A stretch of 64,000 nt of DNA from a virus, in IMG/VR virus record IMGVR_UViG_3300023174_000152, positions 1 to 64,000 of that record, one strand, 5' to 3'. A model generated the notes under the pieces. It ran no database searches and was not told the origin of the DNA. It saw only the letters and a list, made by a program, of their open reading frames with translations. A program made the position numbers and the translations under genes. Positions 25,063 to 35,185 of the stretch are shown here, piece after piece. How positions within the stretch are numbered: position 1 is the stretch's first letter; every line of letters begins with the position of its first letter.

Positions 25063-26159
25063 TTGTTGCCTCCTATGATCTCGATCTGACGTTGTGTATA
25101 ATCCCAATCACTCCAGCAGTAATCATACACTGCCCGGGCGTCACTGGTACGCACACTGTACACATCAAGATGTGTATTTAGGCGTTTCCAGATGGCTTGA
25201 TGATCATTTGTCCAAAACGTATCTATCAGGTCGACTTGCCCGATCTGTGGATGACCAATGGTCAGGCTTTTGTCCTCGGGGTCAAACCCATTGACTGTTA
25301 ACCATTCACGAAACTCTTGTAGCTTTATCTTTTGCCACTCGTAGTTGCCGGGATTGTTGGCCCACTCTATGTCAAAATCTCCGGCAGCTTCTGTTTGACT
25401 GCGCAGGGTAGTTGACACTAACTCCCCTATCCTACTGTCTCGTCCTTCGTCTTGGAATACTTCCCAATGATGTTTGCCCACTGCTTTGTTTACTCCAACA
25501 AACACTCCGCCTAAGGGCCTATTGATAGTTTCGACTCCAAACAGTTCATAATCCTCTTCGTCTAACAAGAATCGTGGAGCATTAAGCCAACACATCAGTT
25601 GGCTGGGTCGTTGCCATTCGGGTGCTTCTATCTGCTTGCGGTAACTCAATGCCCATGATTCAAACTCATGACACAGCAAGTTGAGCTGTCGTATGTGCCA
25701 GCGTGTGGCAGGGTCAGCTCGCAGATAATATTCTTTTGGGGCACCACTGACTCCTTGCAGGTCTTCAAAGTATCTATGTAACCAGTTAAGTTTTTCTTGG
25801 CGTATGTTTCGACCTGCTGTGCGTCCATCGATAGGTTCGTCGGTGACAGTGTTGCTCATGTCAAAATAATCATTGATACGATACCCAAGGTCAGCACGAT
25901 TGATAGCATCAATGCTACGATTGACTTGATTTAGGATGTACCAACCATTGCGTTCATGATCAACAAAGCCAAAGAAACAGTAGTTCTTTTCCAAATGATA
26001 GTTTTGTTGTAAAAGCTCATTGAGAGCCGCGAGCCATTTACGACTCAACGAGTTGTCAAACACATTGATATGTACAGGAAACAGTTCTTGTGTTTTCCTG
26101 TTTTTTAGTTCAATGGTTATCCGGTCTAATGTCTTGCCACCAGCGATATATGTCTGCAT
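25059..26159 (-). CDS. Hypothetical protein (366 aa)
   Basis: Long ORF within the operon, no recognised motif; start uncertain. Confidence 0.8.
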   Translation of the reverse strand: MQTYIAGGKTLDRITIELKNRKTQELFPVHINVFDNSLSRKWLAALNELLQQNYHLEKNYCFFGFVDHERNGWYILNQVNRSIDAINRADLGYRINDYFDMSNTVTDEPIDGRTAGRNIRQEKLNWLHRYFEDLQGVSGAPKEYYLRADPATRWHIRQLNLLCHEFESWALSYRKQIEAPEWQRPSQLMCWLNAPRFLLDEEDYELFGVETINRPLGGVFVGVNKAVGKHHWEVFQDEGRDSRIGELVSTTLRSQTEAAGDFDIEWANNPGNYEWQKIKLQEFREWLTVNGFDPEDKSLTIGHPQIGQVDLIDTFWTNDHQAIWKRLNTHLDVYSVRTSDARAVYDYCWSDWDYTQRQIEIIGGNK

Positions 26160-27408
26160 CTGTTGCCAATATGTCGTTCATAGTGAACGAATCATTCCTT
26201 ATCTGTTCTAATTTTAACACACGAGCCTTGCCTCGAGCAAGACCTGTTTGATATTGATCGGGCCATTGTTCTGCAAATGTAGGCCGCTGTTTGAGCTGTA
26301 GTAACACGTCACGTAGTGCGCCGCGAGTGGCAGGCACCAGCTCATCTATTTTCCGATCTAGTATCTCTCTTGGCAATGCCAGCGGACTCATCACGATGTC
26401 AGGTGTAAATGAGAACACCACTTTGGCCAATATATCCACTCCCAGTTCGTCTGCTGTGCGTTGCATGGGTTCTACTTCAAACAAGCCTGGCAAGGTCAGA
26501 GTAAAATCTAATCGCATCTGTCTGCGATAACGAGCTATCTCTAGACCTCGTTTAAAGTTTTCTAAAAATACGGGCCAGGCCAGGCCTGTGCGGATGTATT
26601 CTCCGATTCTTCCTGTTCCGTCGATGCTTGCACAGATTTGGAAGTCACGTATATTTGCCAACAAATCGCGATAAAGACTAATCCCATTATAATCCACGCG
26701 AGATAAGTTTGTATTGTATCTTGCATAAAGCTGTGGTCCATCCCCTAGTTCAATGATACGTTGCATGTACCGCCAATGCTGTTCGTACATCAGTGGTTCA
26801 CCGCCAACCCAATAAATCTCTTCAACTCTGTGTTCTTCGACTGCTTGGGCAAACTCTGCTTCTATCTGGGTGTCCTGGAACTGTGTGATTTCACGTTTGA
26901 CCTCGGGACGCATCCAGTTGTTTTTGGGATTTGACCAGTCCACCATGTCATGCTTCTTCTCTTCGGTTTCCCAAGAGCTCGATAGCATGTCACCACACAT
27001 ACGACATTTGAAGTTGCAAAGATTACTGAATCTGTAATCCCAACTCACTGGCTTCATTGTAGTGAAACCATTGGGTGTAGTTTCTCGCATGGCTTGCTCG
27101 TACTTGTGACCGAACAGTCCCCAAAAATAACTGCGATAGACATCTGTATTTAATAACTTGCTGTTGCATACATCACATTCTGGCAGTGTCTCTCCGGCTA
27201 TCATGCGACGTCGCACACTCATCATGTGTTCACTGTTCCAGTGTTCATCCAGTGTGATGGGGATATAACGACCTGTGCCAGCGGCTGTGTCTATGTATTG
27301 CTCAAAGTTTTGTGCAGGTTCTCTTGACGCACAGCACATACGTCTTTCTGTTTGTGGACTTAGATAGGTATGTGTCCAGGGCGCCATACACAAGGTGTCA
27401 GGACGCAT
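26110..27408 (-). CDS. Radical SAM protein with N-terminal SPASM/twitch-like Cys domain
   Basis: CMAPW..CC..CDVC, then CNFKCRMC, GGEPL, YNTN. Confidence 0.92.
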   Translation of the reverse strand: MRPDTLCMAPWTHTYLSPQTERRMCCASREPAQNFEQYIDTAAGTGRYIPITLDEHWNSEHMMSVRRRMIAGETLPECDVCNSKLLNTDVYRSYFWGLFGHKYEQAMRETTPNGFTTMKPVSWDYRFSNLCNFKCRMCGDMLSSSWETEEKKHDMVDWSNPKNNWMRPEVKREITQFQDTQIEAEFAQAVEEHRVEEIYWVGGEPLMYEQHWRYMQRIIELGDGPQLYARYNTNLSRVDYNGISLYRDLLANIRDFQICASIDGTGRIGEYIRTGLAWPVFLENFKRGLEIARYRRQMRLDFTLTLPGLFEVEPMQRTADELGVDILAKVVFSFTPDIVMSPLALPREILDRKIDELVPATRGALRDVLLQLKQRPTFAEQWPDQYQTGLARGKARVLKLEQIRNDSFTMNDILATDADIYRWWQDIRPDNH

Positions 27409-28303
27409 CGATATACTCCTGCAAAGGATTGATTATGTCCTGTTTGATAAAGTTCTTCATGACATTGGTACTAAAGAATCTGTTTTTGTTATAGGCCACA
27501 CGATCTCTAGTTTCATCGTCAAACTGTGCTATTTCGTAGTTCTTTATGTTGTTGGCAATGATATCGAGTTTGCCTTGATTAAATTCAACATCGTCATAGC
27601 TCTCATCAAATAGATTATCAAAGGTTTCAAACCCCCAACTGCGAAGGTGCTTCAATGTTCCAAGAGTGCCCACTACCATGAAAGGGTGCATGTAAGCAAT
27701 GGGTTTCCAAGTTTTCTCAGTGATAAAACCACGTCCAGTGACCAGGGTTTCTACTGCTATAGTAAATGATGTGGAATCGTACCATTCAGGATTAAAGTAT
27801 CTTTGCCAGTTGATAAAATCACCAGGTTCTCTCTGCTCCAATGGTAGATCGTTGGGCAACATCTTGTTATGGTAACTCCAGATAAATCTATCCAGCCACG
27901 GTGCAAACTTTTCCAACGTCATGTCTCTGTGTGGTCTTTTGCGACACATAGGCATGAGTGCAAGTTTGCTATAGTTTCTAGTGGGATAATATTTTTCGTA
28001 TCCAAGATTGATATACCAAGGTGCTTCGTTGAACCAAAACCATTTGAGAGAACTTATGGTATGGAATGTTGGATGAGGATCTCGATATTCCCATAACTCC
28101 TCTACTGCTACTTTATATCCTTGTTCCCACAGTTGTGTGGCCAATTCTTTGTCTGAGTTATGATGTGTCACAAACACACAGTTTTTTTGATAGGTCTTTG
28201 AAGCGTCCCATTGAGAAAACTTAAACCATTGAGAAAACACTGGCAACACATGTCGTGCCATGAAAGCAGATTTATATTCAGGAAGTAATACCAAATCAAT
28301 CAT
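27398..28303 (-). CDS. Putative glycosyltransferase, TEKTxKP family
   Basis: AVET..ITEKTWKPI..PF..GFETF..DESYD. Confidence 0.6.
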   Translation of the reverse strand: MIDLVLLPEYKSAFMARHVLPVFSQWFKFSQWDASKTYQKNCVFVTHHNSDKELATQLWEQGYKVAVEELWEYRDPHPTFHTISSLKWFWFNEAPWYINLGYEKYYPTRNYSKLALMPMCRKRPHRDMTLEKFAPWLDRFIWSYHNKMLPNDLPLEQREPGDFINWQRYFNPEWYDSTSFTIAVETLVTGRGFITEKTWKPIAYMHPFMVVGTLGTLKHLRSWGFETFDNLFDESYDDVEFNQGKLDIIANNIKNYEIAQFDDETRDRVAYNKNRFFSTNVMKNFIKQDIINPLQEYIDAS

Positions 28304-29508
28304 TGATATCCAATGGCCTGTGCTAGTTCTGGGAGGTAATCTCCAAGTCGTTGCTGGCGTTTAAAATCTAGATCTTCGATCTTCATGCGCAACAACTGCC
28401 CGTCTAGACTAGCACCGTTGTTCATGAAATCAATGATTCGATCAACTTCGGCACGGAACTTGTCTGGTATTTTGGCTTGTTGCAACCGTTGAGTCGTCAG
28501 TTTTTTAGCTTCCGTGGGCATGGTTCCTATACTAAAATAGTAAGCATCATGCAACATGTTCCAATATACAAAATCAAAATCCTGGGTGTCGATCCACTGT
28601 GCCACGTCTTCAAGGTACATTACATTGAACACATTAATTGTACAACAAACTTGTAAAGTCATGTTGAGATTGCGCTCTCTCATGTCCTTAAAACGCTTGA
28701 TGTTGTTGCAGACTTCTGACCATACAGCATTGGTGCGCTGATACTCAAAACGACTGCCAATATCATCGATACTGAATGCAACTTCAACGTGCTTGAAATA
28801 TTGCCAAATCTCTTCGGCCTGTTCAGGATACTGGGTGCCGTTGGTATTATAATGTATTTCAATCTGGTGTGCATGCCCTCGGTCAATCAATCGTTGTAAC
28901 AAATCAAAATGTTCTCGGATCATGAATGGTTCACCGCCTGTGAACTCTATGTAACGTACTTCACTCATAGCCGAATCCAACTGCGACCAAAACTGCTCGC
29001 TTTCTCTGGGCCAGGCGCCATCTCGTAACATTTGATAATGGAAGGAGTTTTTCTTTTCTTCTTTGTCGATGATAAAATTTAGTTCTTCTGTGGCGAACTG
29101 ACTAGAACTCCAGGATCCACAAATACGGCATTTTAGATTACAAATGTTACCTAGTTTAAGATCCAAGAACATAAGTGGTTTAGCATCTGTGGTCCAGTCT
29201 TCACTGATACCCATGTGCTTGAGTCTGTCTAGAGTGTGCATGCGTTTGCTGGTACGGCCTGCACGTTCCTCATTCCAGCAACGGCGACAGGTCTGTGGCT
29301 GTTTGCCTTGTAAAAACTCTTGGCGTAAACTTACCATGTGTTTGCTATTTTGTATTTCCTGGAATGAGGCTTGATTGAGTTTGAACTTGTTGCCTGAATC
29401 ATCTACTATTTCGTCTATGGCCAAACAACATGGCCGTACTGTACCAATGGGGCTGGCTTCTATTGATACCCAAGGCAATACGCAAAACTTAGAATGTGGT
29501 ATTTTCAT
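28300..29508 (-). CDS. Radical SAM protein with N-terminal SPASM/twitch-like domain
   Basis: CVLPW..PCC..CRRC, then CNLKCRIC, GGEPF, YNTNG. Confidence 0.92.
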   Translation of the reverse strand: MKIPHSKFCVLPWVSIEASPIGTVRPCCLAIDEIVDDSGNKFKLNQASFQEIQNSKHMVSLRQEFLQGKQPQTCRRCWNEERAGRTSKRMHTLDRLKHMGISEDWTTDAKPLMFLDLKLGNICNLKCRICGSWSSSQFATEELNFIIDKEEKKNSFHYQMLRDGAWPRESEQFWSQLDSAMSEVRYIEFTGGEPFMIREHFDLLQRLIDRGHAHQIEIHYNTNGTQYPEQAEEIWQYFKHVEVAFSIDDIGSRFEYQRTNAVWSEVCNNIKRFKDMRERNLNMTLQVCCTINVFNVMYLEDVAQWIDTQDFDFVYWNMLHDAYYFSIGTMPTEAKKLTTQRLQQAKIPDKFRAEVDRIIDFMNNGASLDGQLLRMKIEDLDFKRQQRLGDYLPELAQAIGYQ

Positions 29509-30860
29509 GCTTTTAAAATCCTATGTGTTCGGCCTGGGGGTAACTGAGCATCTTCTTTCCTATATTGATATATCTCTTGGAGCTCTGGAACCACAGACAT
29601 CAAACTTTCATTCCTCGCCCAGTCTAGATCTTCTACTGTTCGCCAAAACTCTGGCAGCAAATGGCTGTTGTCCGTAGACATCATGAAAGCAACAGCGGCT
29701 TGGAACCCACCGACTGCACGTTGGATAGGATCTCTAGGCATCAGCCACTCAATGTGTTCTTCGAACTCTTTCTTGAATCTTAGTTTAATATCCATTGGCA
29801 ATAGGTCAATGCGATAGTTCATAGGTCCTTGTAGGATATTGAGATTGAAGTCTTTGGGTTCAATGAACCCTTGGTCAATCATGTAACGATGATATTTTAC
29901 AAAGTTCCAGATATTCATTAAACTCAGTGTGGGACTGATCATAAAATCAATGTGTGGGCATTCGCGTTTGATGTCTCGTATGTTTTGTTCCACATCAGCC
30001 CACTTGGTTCCTGAACGTATAACTGCGGCACGCTCACCCATGTCATCTAAACTAGCAGCCACACAAACATTGGGAAAGTGTTTCCAAAGATCTATTACAC
30101 TTTCACGTTTAAATCGTAGTTCAGTTAAGTTAGTGTTGTAGATCAAACGTACATTGGTATTGCCTTTTTCAATCAAGAGCTTGAGAATACGATTATGCTC
30201 TTCCATGATCAAAGGTTCGCCACCGGCAAAATAGATCTGATCTAGGTGTGGGACATGCTCTTGCATTTGTTCCCAAACGTCTTCTTCGTGGCGGCCAGCA
30301 AACTGTACACGAGGGCGAAGTTCTTTGCCCCACAGTTTGATGTCATCATCGTACCAACGACTTGAAAAGATTGATCCACAACTGCGACATTTCAAGTTAC
30401 AGATGTTAGAAAAACGCACATCCCAATAGTGTAATCGCATGTCAGGTAACGAACCATCGGGCAATGTTTGATCAACTAGGTCAATGTGTTGCCCAAAGTT
30501 CTTATTTGAGTTATTGCGCATGGATGCAAATCCTGCTGATTCTTGTTCGTAGCAGTCGCCGCATTCCTTGCAGGGCAGATCACTTAGCATGTTGCGGCGC
30601 ATTTGTCGCATAGGCTCGTCGTTCCAGATTTCCTTCATTGACTTTTCTTTGAAGTTGCCCACAGGATGTTCGGCCTTGCCCAAACAACAAGGATATGCAC
30701 GACCATCGGGCCAAGCATGCAAGTGTATCCAAGGAATGATACAGAACGTATCTGAGTGCATGAGCCTGTGTTGTTGTTTTTCGGTCAGATGTTCCAGAGG
30801 AATCCAACTGGGAACACGGTCTTTCCAGTTATAGTTACTAAGATTACTTTTCTTTGTCAT
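29505..30860 (-). CDS. Radical SAM protein with N-terminal SPASM/twitch-like domain
   Basis: CIIPW..PCC..CGDC, then CNLKCRSC, GGEPL; ATG 30860. Confidence 0.92.
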   Translation of the reverse strand: MTKKSNLSNYNWKDRVPSWIPLEHLTEKQQHRLMHSDTFCIIPWIHLHAWPDGRAYPCCLGKAEHPVGNFKEKSMKEIWNDEPMRQMRRNMLSDLPCKECGDCYEQESAGFASMRNNSNKNFGQHIDLVDQTLPDGSLPDMRLHYWDVRFSNICNLKCRSCGSIFSSRWYDDDIKLWGKELRPRVQFAGRHEEDVWEQMQEHVPHLDQIYFAGGEPLIMEEHNRILKLLIEKGNTNVRLIYNTNLTELRFKRESVIDLWKHFPNVCVAASLDDMGERAAVIRSGTKWADVEQNIRDIKRECPHIDFMISPTLSLMNIWNFVKYHRYMIDQGFIEPKDFNLNILQGPMNYRIDLLPMDIKLRFKKEFEEHIEWLMPRDPIQRAVGGFQAAVAFMMSTDNSHLLPEFWRTVEDLDWARNESLMSVVPELQEIYQYRKEDAQLPPGRTHRILKA

Positions 30861-32209
30861 AGTGATCGATACCAAGAAGCCAACATTGGAAATGTGGCAC
30901 AAAAATCTTTTCCTCTACGCTGATCGTATTGCTCATGGAACTTTTTAAAATCATTATACAAGCTCGCACGATCAAAGGTGTCTGAGTGTGGTGTTTTGAC
31001 CACGTCTAAATAATCAATCAAGCGTTGAACTTGATTGAGTTCCATTTGATGTAAGAATTCATTGTCCTTGTTTTCATCGTACCACTCCTGTAGTTGTTGT
31101 CCGCGAGCTTGACGTATGTCTTCCGGCAATACCAGTGGGCTTTGAAAACTTGGAAAGCGTAATATGTTCAATGTAAATGTTGGAAAGTCTCGACCATATT
31201 GTTTTTTAAACATCATCATGATGTCAAGGAAATCAGTTAAACTTTCCAAACAAAGAGCGTTAATAGTACACATTACATGTAGGCCCCGTAGACGTTTGCT
31301 ACCAGCCAGCATGTGCATATTGGTCATCCATTGTGTCCAATCTAATCCATCTCGAATATATTCAGCATGCCCATTCACGCTTTCGTTGCTGGTGTACAGA
31401 TCTAATGTAACACCTTCTGCACGATCCAATAGCTTGAGCACATCTTCTGTGGTCATGCCCAAGTTAGAGTTAATGGCTAGTCGTGTATCACTTTTGCCGC
31501 GATTCTCTTTGAACCAGTCCAACAGTTTCCAAGTGTAACCGCTCATCAATGGTTCACCGCCAGTTATTCGGAGTTCTTTGAGTGTTCTGTGGAGGTCAGA
31601 CTCCCACCAAGCGAAAAATGCGTCCACATAAGGATTCCGATCATTGAATGTATAGAGCTGACTGCTATCATGAGCGTGAGTAAAATGATTACGCCCGTCT
31701 GATACCAAGCCATGGTATGGACCGTGTTTGTTGATGTCTCGGACCCAGGTGCTACTAAAAGCAGGATTACAATAAGAACAAGCGAATTGGCAAGTCCTAT
31801 CAAAGGCGATTTCCAAGGTCTGTAGATCCACGTCTTGATCGCTGGCAGTATTGAAAGCATGATTTAAATCCTCGTCTGAGTATATAACAGTTTTATAGAC
31901 ACGGTCAGATATGTTATCGCGTCCGATATCTTCAATCTTCCAGCAATATTCACAGCCTGCTGGTCGTTGTCCCTGTTGCATCATTGCACGTTCTGATTTC
32001 TTTTTAGGGGTATTGTGCAAGGCCTTGGGATTGGCTTCTACTTCTTCTACACTTACTTTGTGTGGCAATGGGTGATGGCAACTTGTGGTCATGCCCGATC
32101 CTAACCAAATGGTAGCGTTGTACCATTTAGCTCCACAAAAGCTGGCCGACTTGATGTCAATGACTCTGCGTTTGTATTCTAAGTCTGTTTCGTTGTCTAT
32201 TCTAGGCAT
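30857..32209 (-). CDS. Radical SAM protein, CxAKW/SCxHP subtype
   Basis: CGAKW..SCHHP..CEYC, then CQFACSYC, GGEPL; ATG 32209. Confidence 0.92.
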   Translation of the reverse strand: MPRIDNETDLEYKRRVIDIKSASFCGAKWYNATIWLGSGMTTSCHHPLPHKVSVEEVEANPKALHNTPKKKSERAMMQQGQRPAGCEYCWKIEDIGRDNISDRVYKTVIYSDEDLNHAFNTASDQDVDLQTLEIAFDRTCQFACSYCNPAFSSTWVRDINKHGPYHGLVSDGRNHFTHAHDSSQLYTFNDRNPYVDAFFAWWESDLHRTLKELRITGGEPLMSGYTWKLLDWFKENRGKSDTRLAINSNLGMTTEDVLKLLDRAEGVTLDLYTSNESVNGHAEYIRDGLDWTQWMTNMHMLAGSKRLRGLHVMCTINALCLESLTDFLDIMMMFKKQYGRDFPTFTLNILRFPSFQSPLVLPEDIRQARGQQLQEWYDENKDNEFLHQMELNQVQRLIDYLDVVKTPHSDTFDRASLYNDFKKFHEQYDQRRGKDFCATFPMLASWYRSL

Positions 32210-33212
32210 TGACAAAATCTTTCATTTGTTGTGTAAATGTATCACGTTGATTACTATGTATCGCAAATGCATGGCGCAGATTATATAAACGTGTTTCTTT
32301 GGATTCTTCCCAAAACTTTGGCAGATCTTGTTTGACCAGCCAGGCCACTTCATGCACTAGACGTTGTATTCTTTCTTGCCCATCTTCAATGTCATCAAAT
32401 GATTCGTCGATCCATTGACCGTATGTCTGGAAACCAAGACGTTTTATGTCTCGATAAAACCCGCGATTGGCACATACCAAGAAAGGATGTGTAGCCAACA
32501 CAGGTTTGTAAAACTTTTCCGTCCTAAAACTCGAAGGATGTTCAAACACAGTTTCTGTGACCAAAGTAAACCAAGTGTCAAGGTGCTGTGCTGGAACTAT
32601 GACACCATCGATCCATCCAGGATTTTCTACATCGTATCCTGGAGGTAAAGTTTGTGTTGGTACTTTGTGTTCGGAGTATATTCGATTAAAATCAGGATGG
32701 CCCCAGGTGATGTCTGCATCGTGATTACACCAGAGTGCGCGATCAAGAAGTTGTTGCTGTTGTAAAAGATGTATAAGATACTGTCTATGTGGTCTTAGTT
32801 TCCGATTGGTGAACAAAAAACTATATTTTCTCGAATGTCTATTGTAATCCATGAGTGGAACACCATAGTTTTGGCTACCTAAAGTAGCGGACAGAAAATG
32901 TTCTGAATTTAGATTGACTATGTCGTTGGGTGCATCTCCACCAGTGATCCAACGTATCTGTCCTGATTGCATTTTAGACAAATAGTGTGGACTAGATGCT
33001 ATGTGCCATTGCGTTATTACACTTTCATCTGTCTTTTCAATCACTGCACGACCGCCCATGGACAGCATGTCATATACTCTAGGCCACTGTTGCACAAATG
33101 TTTTTAAACTCATGACATAGATATCCGCAGTCAATGCTAGATTTCCTGTTTCGATCTCATTGTCAGGTCTGAGATAGTTTAGGGCTACACCTGGTTCAAC
33201 TATGATTCGCAT
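32202..33212 (-). CDS. Putative glycosyltransferase, TEKxxKP family
   Basis: NRKLRPHR, VTET..RTEKFYKPV..PF..GFQTY..DESFD; ATG 33212. Confidence 0.6.
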   Translation of the reverse strand: MRIIVEPGVALNYLRPDNEIETGNLALTADIYVMSLKTFVQQWPRVYDMLSMGGRAVIEKTDESVITQWHIASSPHYLSKMQSGQIRWITGGDAPNDIVNLNSEHFLSATLGSQNYGVPLMDYNRHSRKYSFLFTNRKLRPHRQYLIHLLQQQQLLDRALWCNHDADITWGHPDFNRIYSEHKVPTQTLPPGYDVENPGWIDGVIVPAQHLDTWFTLVTETVFEHPSSFRTEKFYKPVLATHPFLVCANRGFYRDIKRLGFQTYGQWIDESFDDIEDGQERIQRLVHEVAWLVKQDLPKFWEESKETRLYNLRHAFAIHSNQRDTFTQQMKDFVNA

Positions 33213-34623
33213 AATAACCGCATTGAGTCCACCACTCAACCATTTCAGGAAAAACTTTTAGAAATCTTGTACCTCTACGTTGATCGTGTTCATTAAAGAA
33301 TCTATAAAAATCTGCTTGTTGTCTGCGTACATAGTCTGGATCTAGTTTGGCACCATCACGCATCCAAGCTATGTCTCTGTCAAGCCTACTGAGTTCATAG
33401 TCTTTGAATCCTTTGAATCTTTTTTCTTCGGTCTCGATATTTTTTAACATCCATGCCCAGGTTTTTTCTAGTTCGTCGGCATAGCTCTCAGGTAACAGTT
33501 GCATACTTTGCCATGTTGGTGTGCGTAACACAGGAGTATCAAACCATACACGTTGATAGGTCTTTGAATATATCTGTCTTAGCCCCAGTATAGCTACCAT
33601 GAGATCACCAAAACTGGTCACTGATAGGTTATTCATCGTGATAATAAAAGTGATAGAACTGCGACTGGGTACCTCTGTTAGGAACTGGTTTACTCTATCC
33701 CATAGCAATCTAAAATCAAGTCCGTTGCGAATGTATTCGGCCTTGTCCATCCAGGCATCAAGACTCACATATTGCATGAAGTGTTCGACTTTTTCACCCT
33801 CACACAGCATCTTGACATAACCCAAATATCGTTGCCAAAGTTTTTCTTCCACTGAGAAGTTGCTTGTAACATTGAGATGTAATCGAGGATTGTGATTAGT
33901 CAGCACATAATCAAACACACGGTAGGTGTTTTTATCCATCATTGGTTCACCACCAGTCATACGGAAGTGTTCTAGTTCTGGATAGAGCCGAGGCCACCAA
34001 CTCCAAAAAGCGTCAAGGTATGGATTATCATCTCGGGCAGGTATAGGCCTACGCTCACCAACAAAATACTCAGGGGCATTGTGAGGTACACTAGTAGGGA
34101 AAGCGCCGAAAGTCTCGGCTTCTTGCATCCATGAACTACTAAACTGTGGACTACAGTAACTACATTTAAGATTGCAAGCATTACTAAAATTAACTTCAAC
34201 GTAACTGGGTAAAACATCTTCATCTCCTGTAGAGTTTACAATGCTATCAAAATCCTTGGCGGCCCATGGCTCGCCTGATCTATAATGTCTATCGCTGAGC
34301 TTGCCATTGTCTTCCATGGTCCAACAATAACTGCATTCACTGGGTCTTGTTCCTGTCAGCATGAGTCGGCGCTGTTCTTTCTTGTGTTCAGTGTTATGAA
34401 TGCCCGACGGGGATCTCTGGATATCTTCGATGCGTATTTTATGCAGTGGGGGGTGATAGCATGAGTTGGTGTGACCTGTGGTCAGGTGCAAACTTACTTG
34501 TTTCCACTTGGCCAAACACATGCTGGGACTCACCGAATCCAGTTTCTCTTTCATTATCTCAGCGTCACTGAGAAACTTTGATTTGAAATCTGTAGTCACT
34601 TCGTCGCCTTTGTTATTTGCCAA
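33196..34623 (-). CDS. Radical SAM protein, CxAKW/SCxHP subtype
   Basis: CLAKW..SCYHP..CSYC, then CNLKCSYC, GGEPM; TTG start with GGAG RBS. Confidence 0.92.
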   Translation of the reverse strand: MANNKGDEVTTDFKSKFLSDAEIMKEKLDSVSPSMCLAKWKQVSLHLTTGHTNSCYHPPLHKIRIEDIQRSPSGIHNTEHKKEQRRLMLTGTRPSECSYCWTMEDNGKLSDRHYRSGEPWAAKDFDSIVNSTGDEDVLPSYVEVNFSNACNLKCSYCSPQFSSSWMQEAETFGAFPTSVPHNAPEYFVGERRPIPARDDNPYLDAFWSWWPRLYPELEHFRMTGGEPMMDKNTYRVFDYVLTNHNPRLHLNVTSNFSVEEKLWQRYLGYVKMLCEGEKVEHFMQYVSLDAWMDKAEYIRNGLDFRLLWDRVNQFLTEVPSRSSITFIITMNNLSVTSFGDLMVAILGLRQIYSKTYQRVWFDTPVLRTPTWQSMQLLPESYADELEKTWAWMLKNIETEEKRFKGFKDYELSRLDRDIAWMRDGAKLDPDYVRRQQADFYRFFNEHDQRRGTRFLKVFPEMVEWWTQCGYYANHS

Positions 34624-35185
34624 CTTGATCTCCCAAATAATCAAATAGTTTTATCATTCCTTCTTTGTTAAGATGGCCATCAGGTAACCTGTCTAAAGGT
34701 CTTATATAGGGATAATGTATAGTTGATTTAACATTTCTTTGTTCCCAAGAAAAAGCAATCACCTCTTTGTTTTGTTCTAGCAAAAATGTTATTAAACAAT
34801 CAACTAGCATGTCGCTGAGTTGATCACAATAAGGATGCCCAAATACTGTATAAAAATATTTGTAAACTTCTAAATGTGCCTTGTCGAGTTCTTCTGGAGT
34901 TAAATCAAATCCTTTTCCATGAGATCCTGCAAAGAAGTCAAGATCCTGATCATTGTATTTGATACCAAATCGAGAACTGAATGTAAACCCTAGAACAAAA
35001 ACGTCATGCTCTGAAAAGTTTTGATACGCATCAAATACTATTGCTAGATTGCTTTTTCCTGGGCGAGATTTATCTTTGACATTATACCCACCGATGGTTT
35101 GATATAAACTACCTAAAGATTGATCTCGGGGCAAACCTTGACCGTATGTCATACTACATCCGTCAAGATAAAGTTTTTTTACCAT
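34613..35185 (-). CDS. SGNH/GDSL hydrolase-like protein
   Basis: DGCSMTYG block I, G.SN, C-terminal DGHLN. Confidence 0.7.
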   Translation of the reverse strand: MVKKLYLDGCSMTYGQGLPRDQSLGSLYQTIGGYNVKDKSRPGKSNLAIVFDAYQNFSEHDVFVLGFTFSSRFGIKYNDQDLDFFAGSHGKGFDLTPEELDKAHLEVYKYFYTVFGHPYCDQLSDMLVDCLITFLLEQNKEVIAFSWEQRNVKSTIHYPYIRPLDRLPDGHLNKEGMIKLFDYLGDQVGK

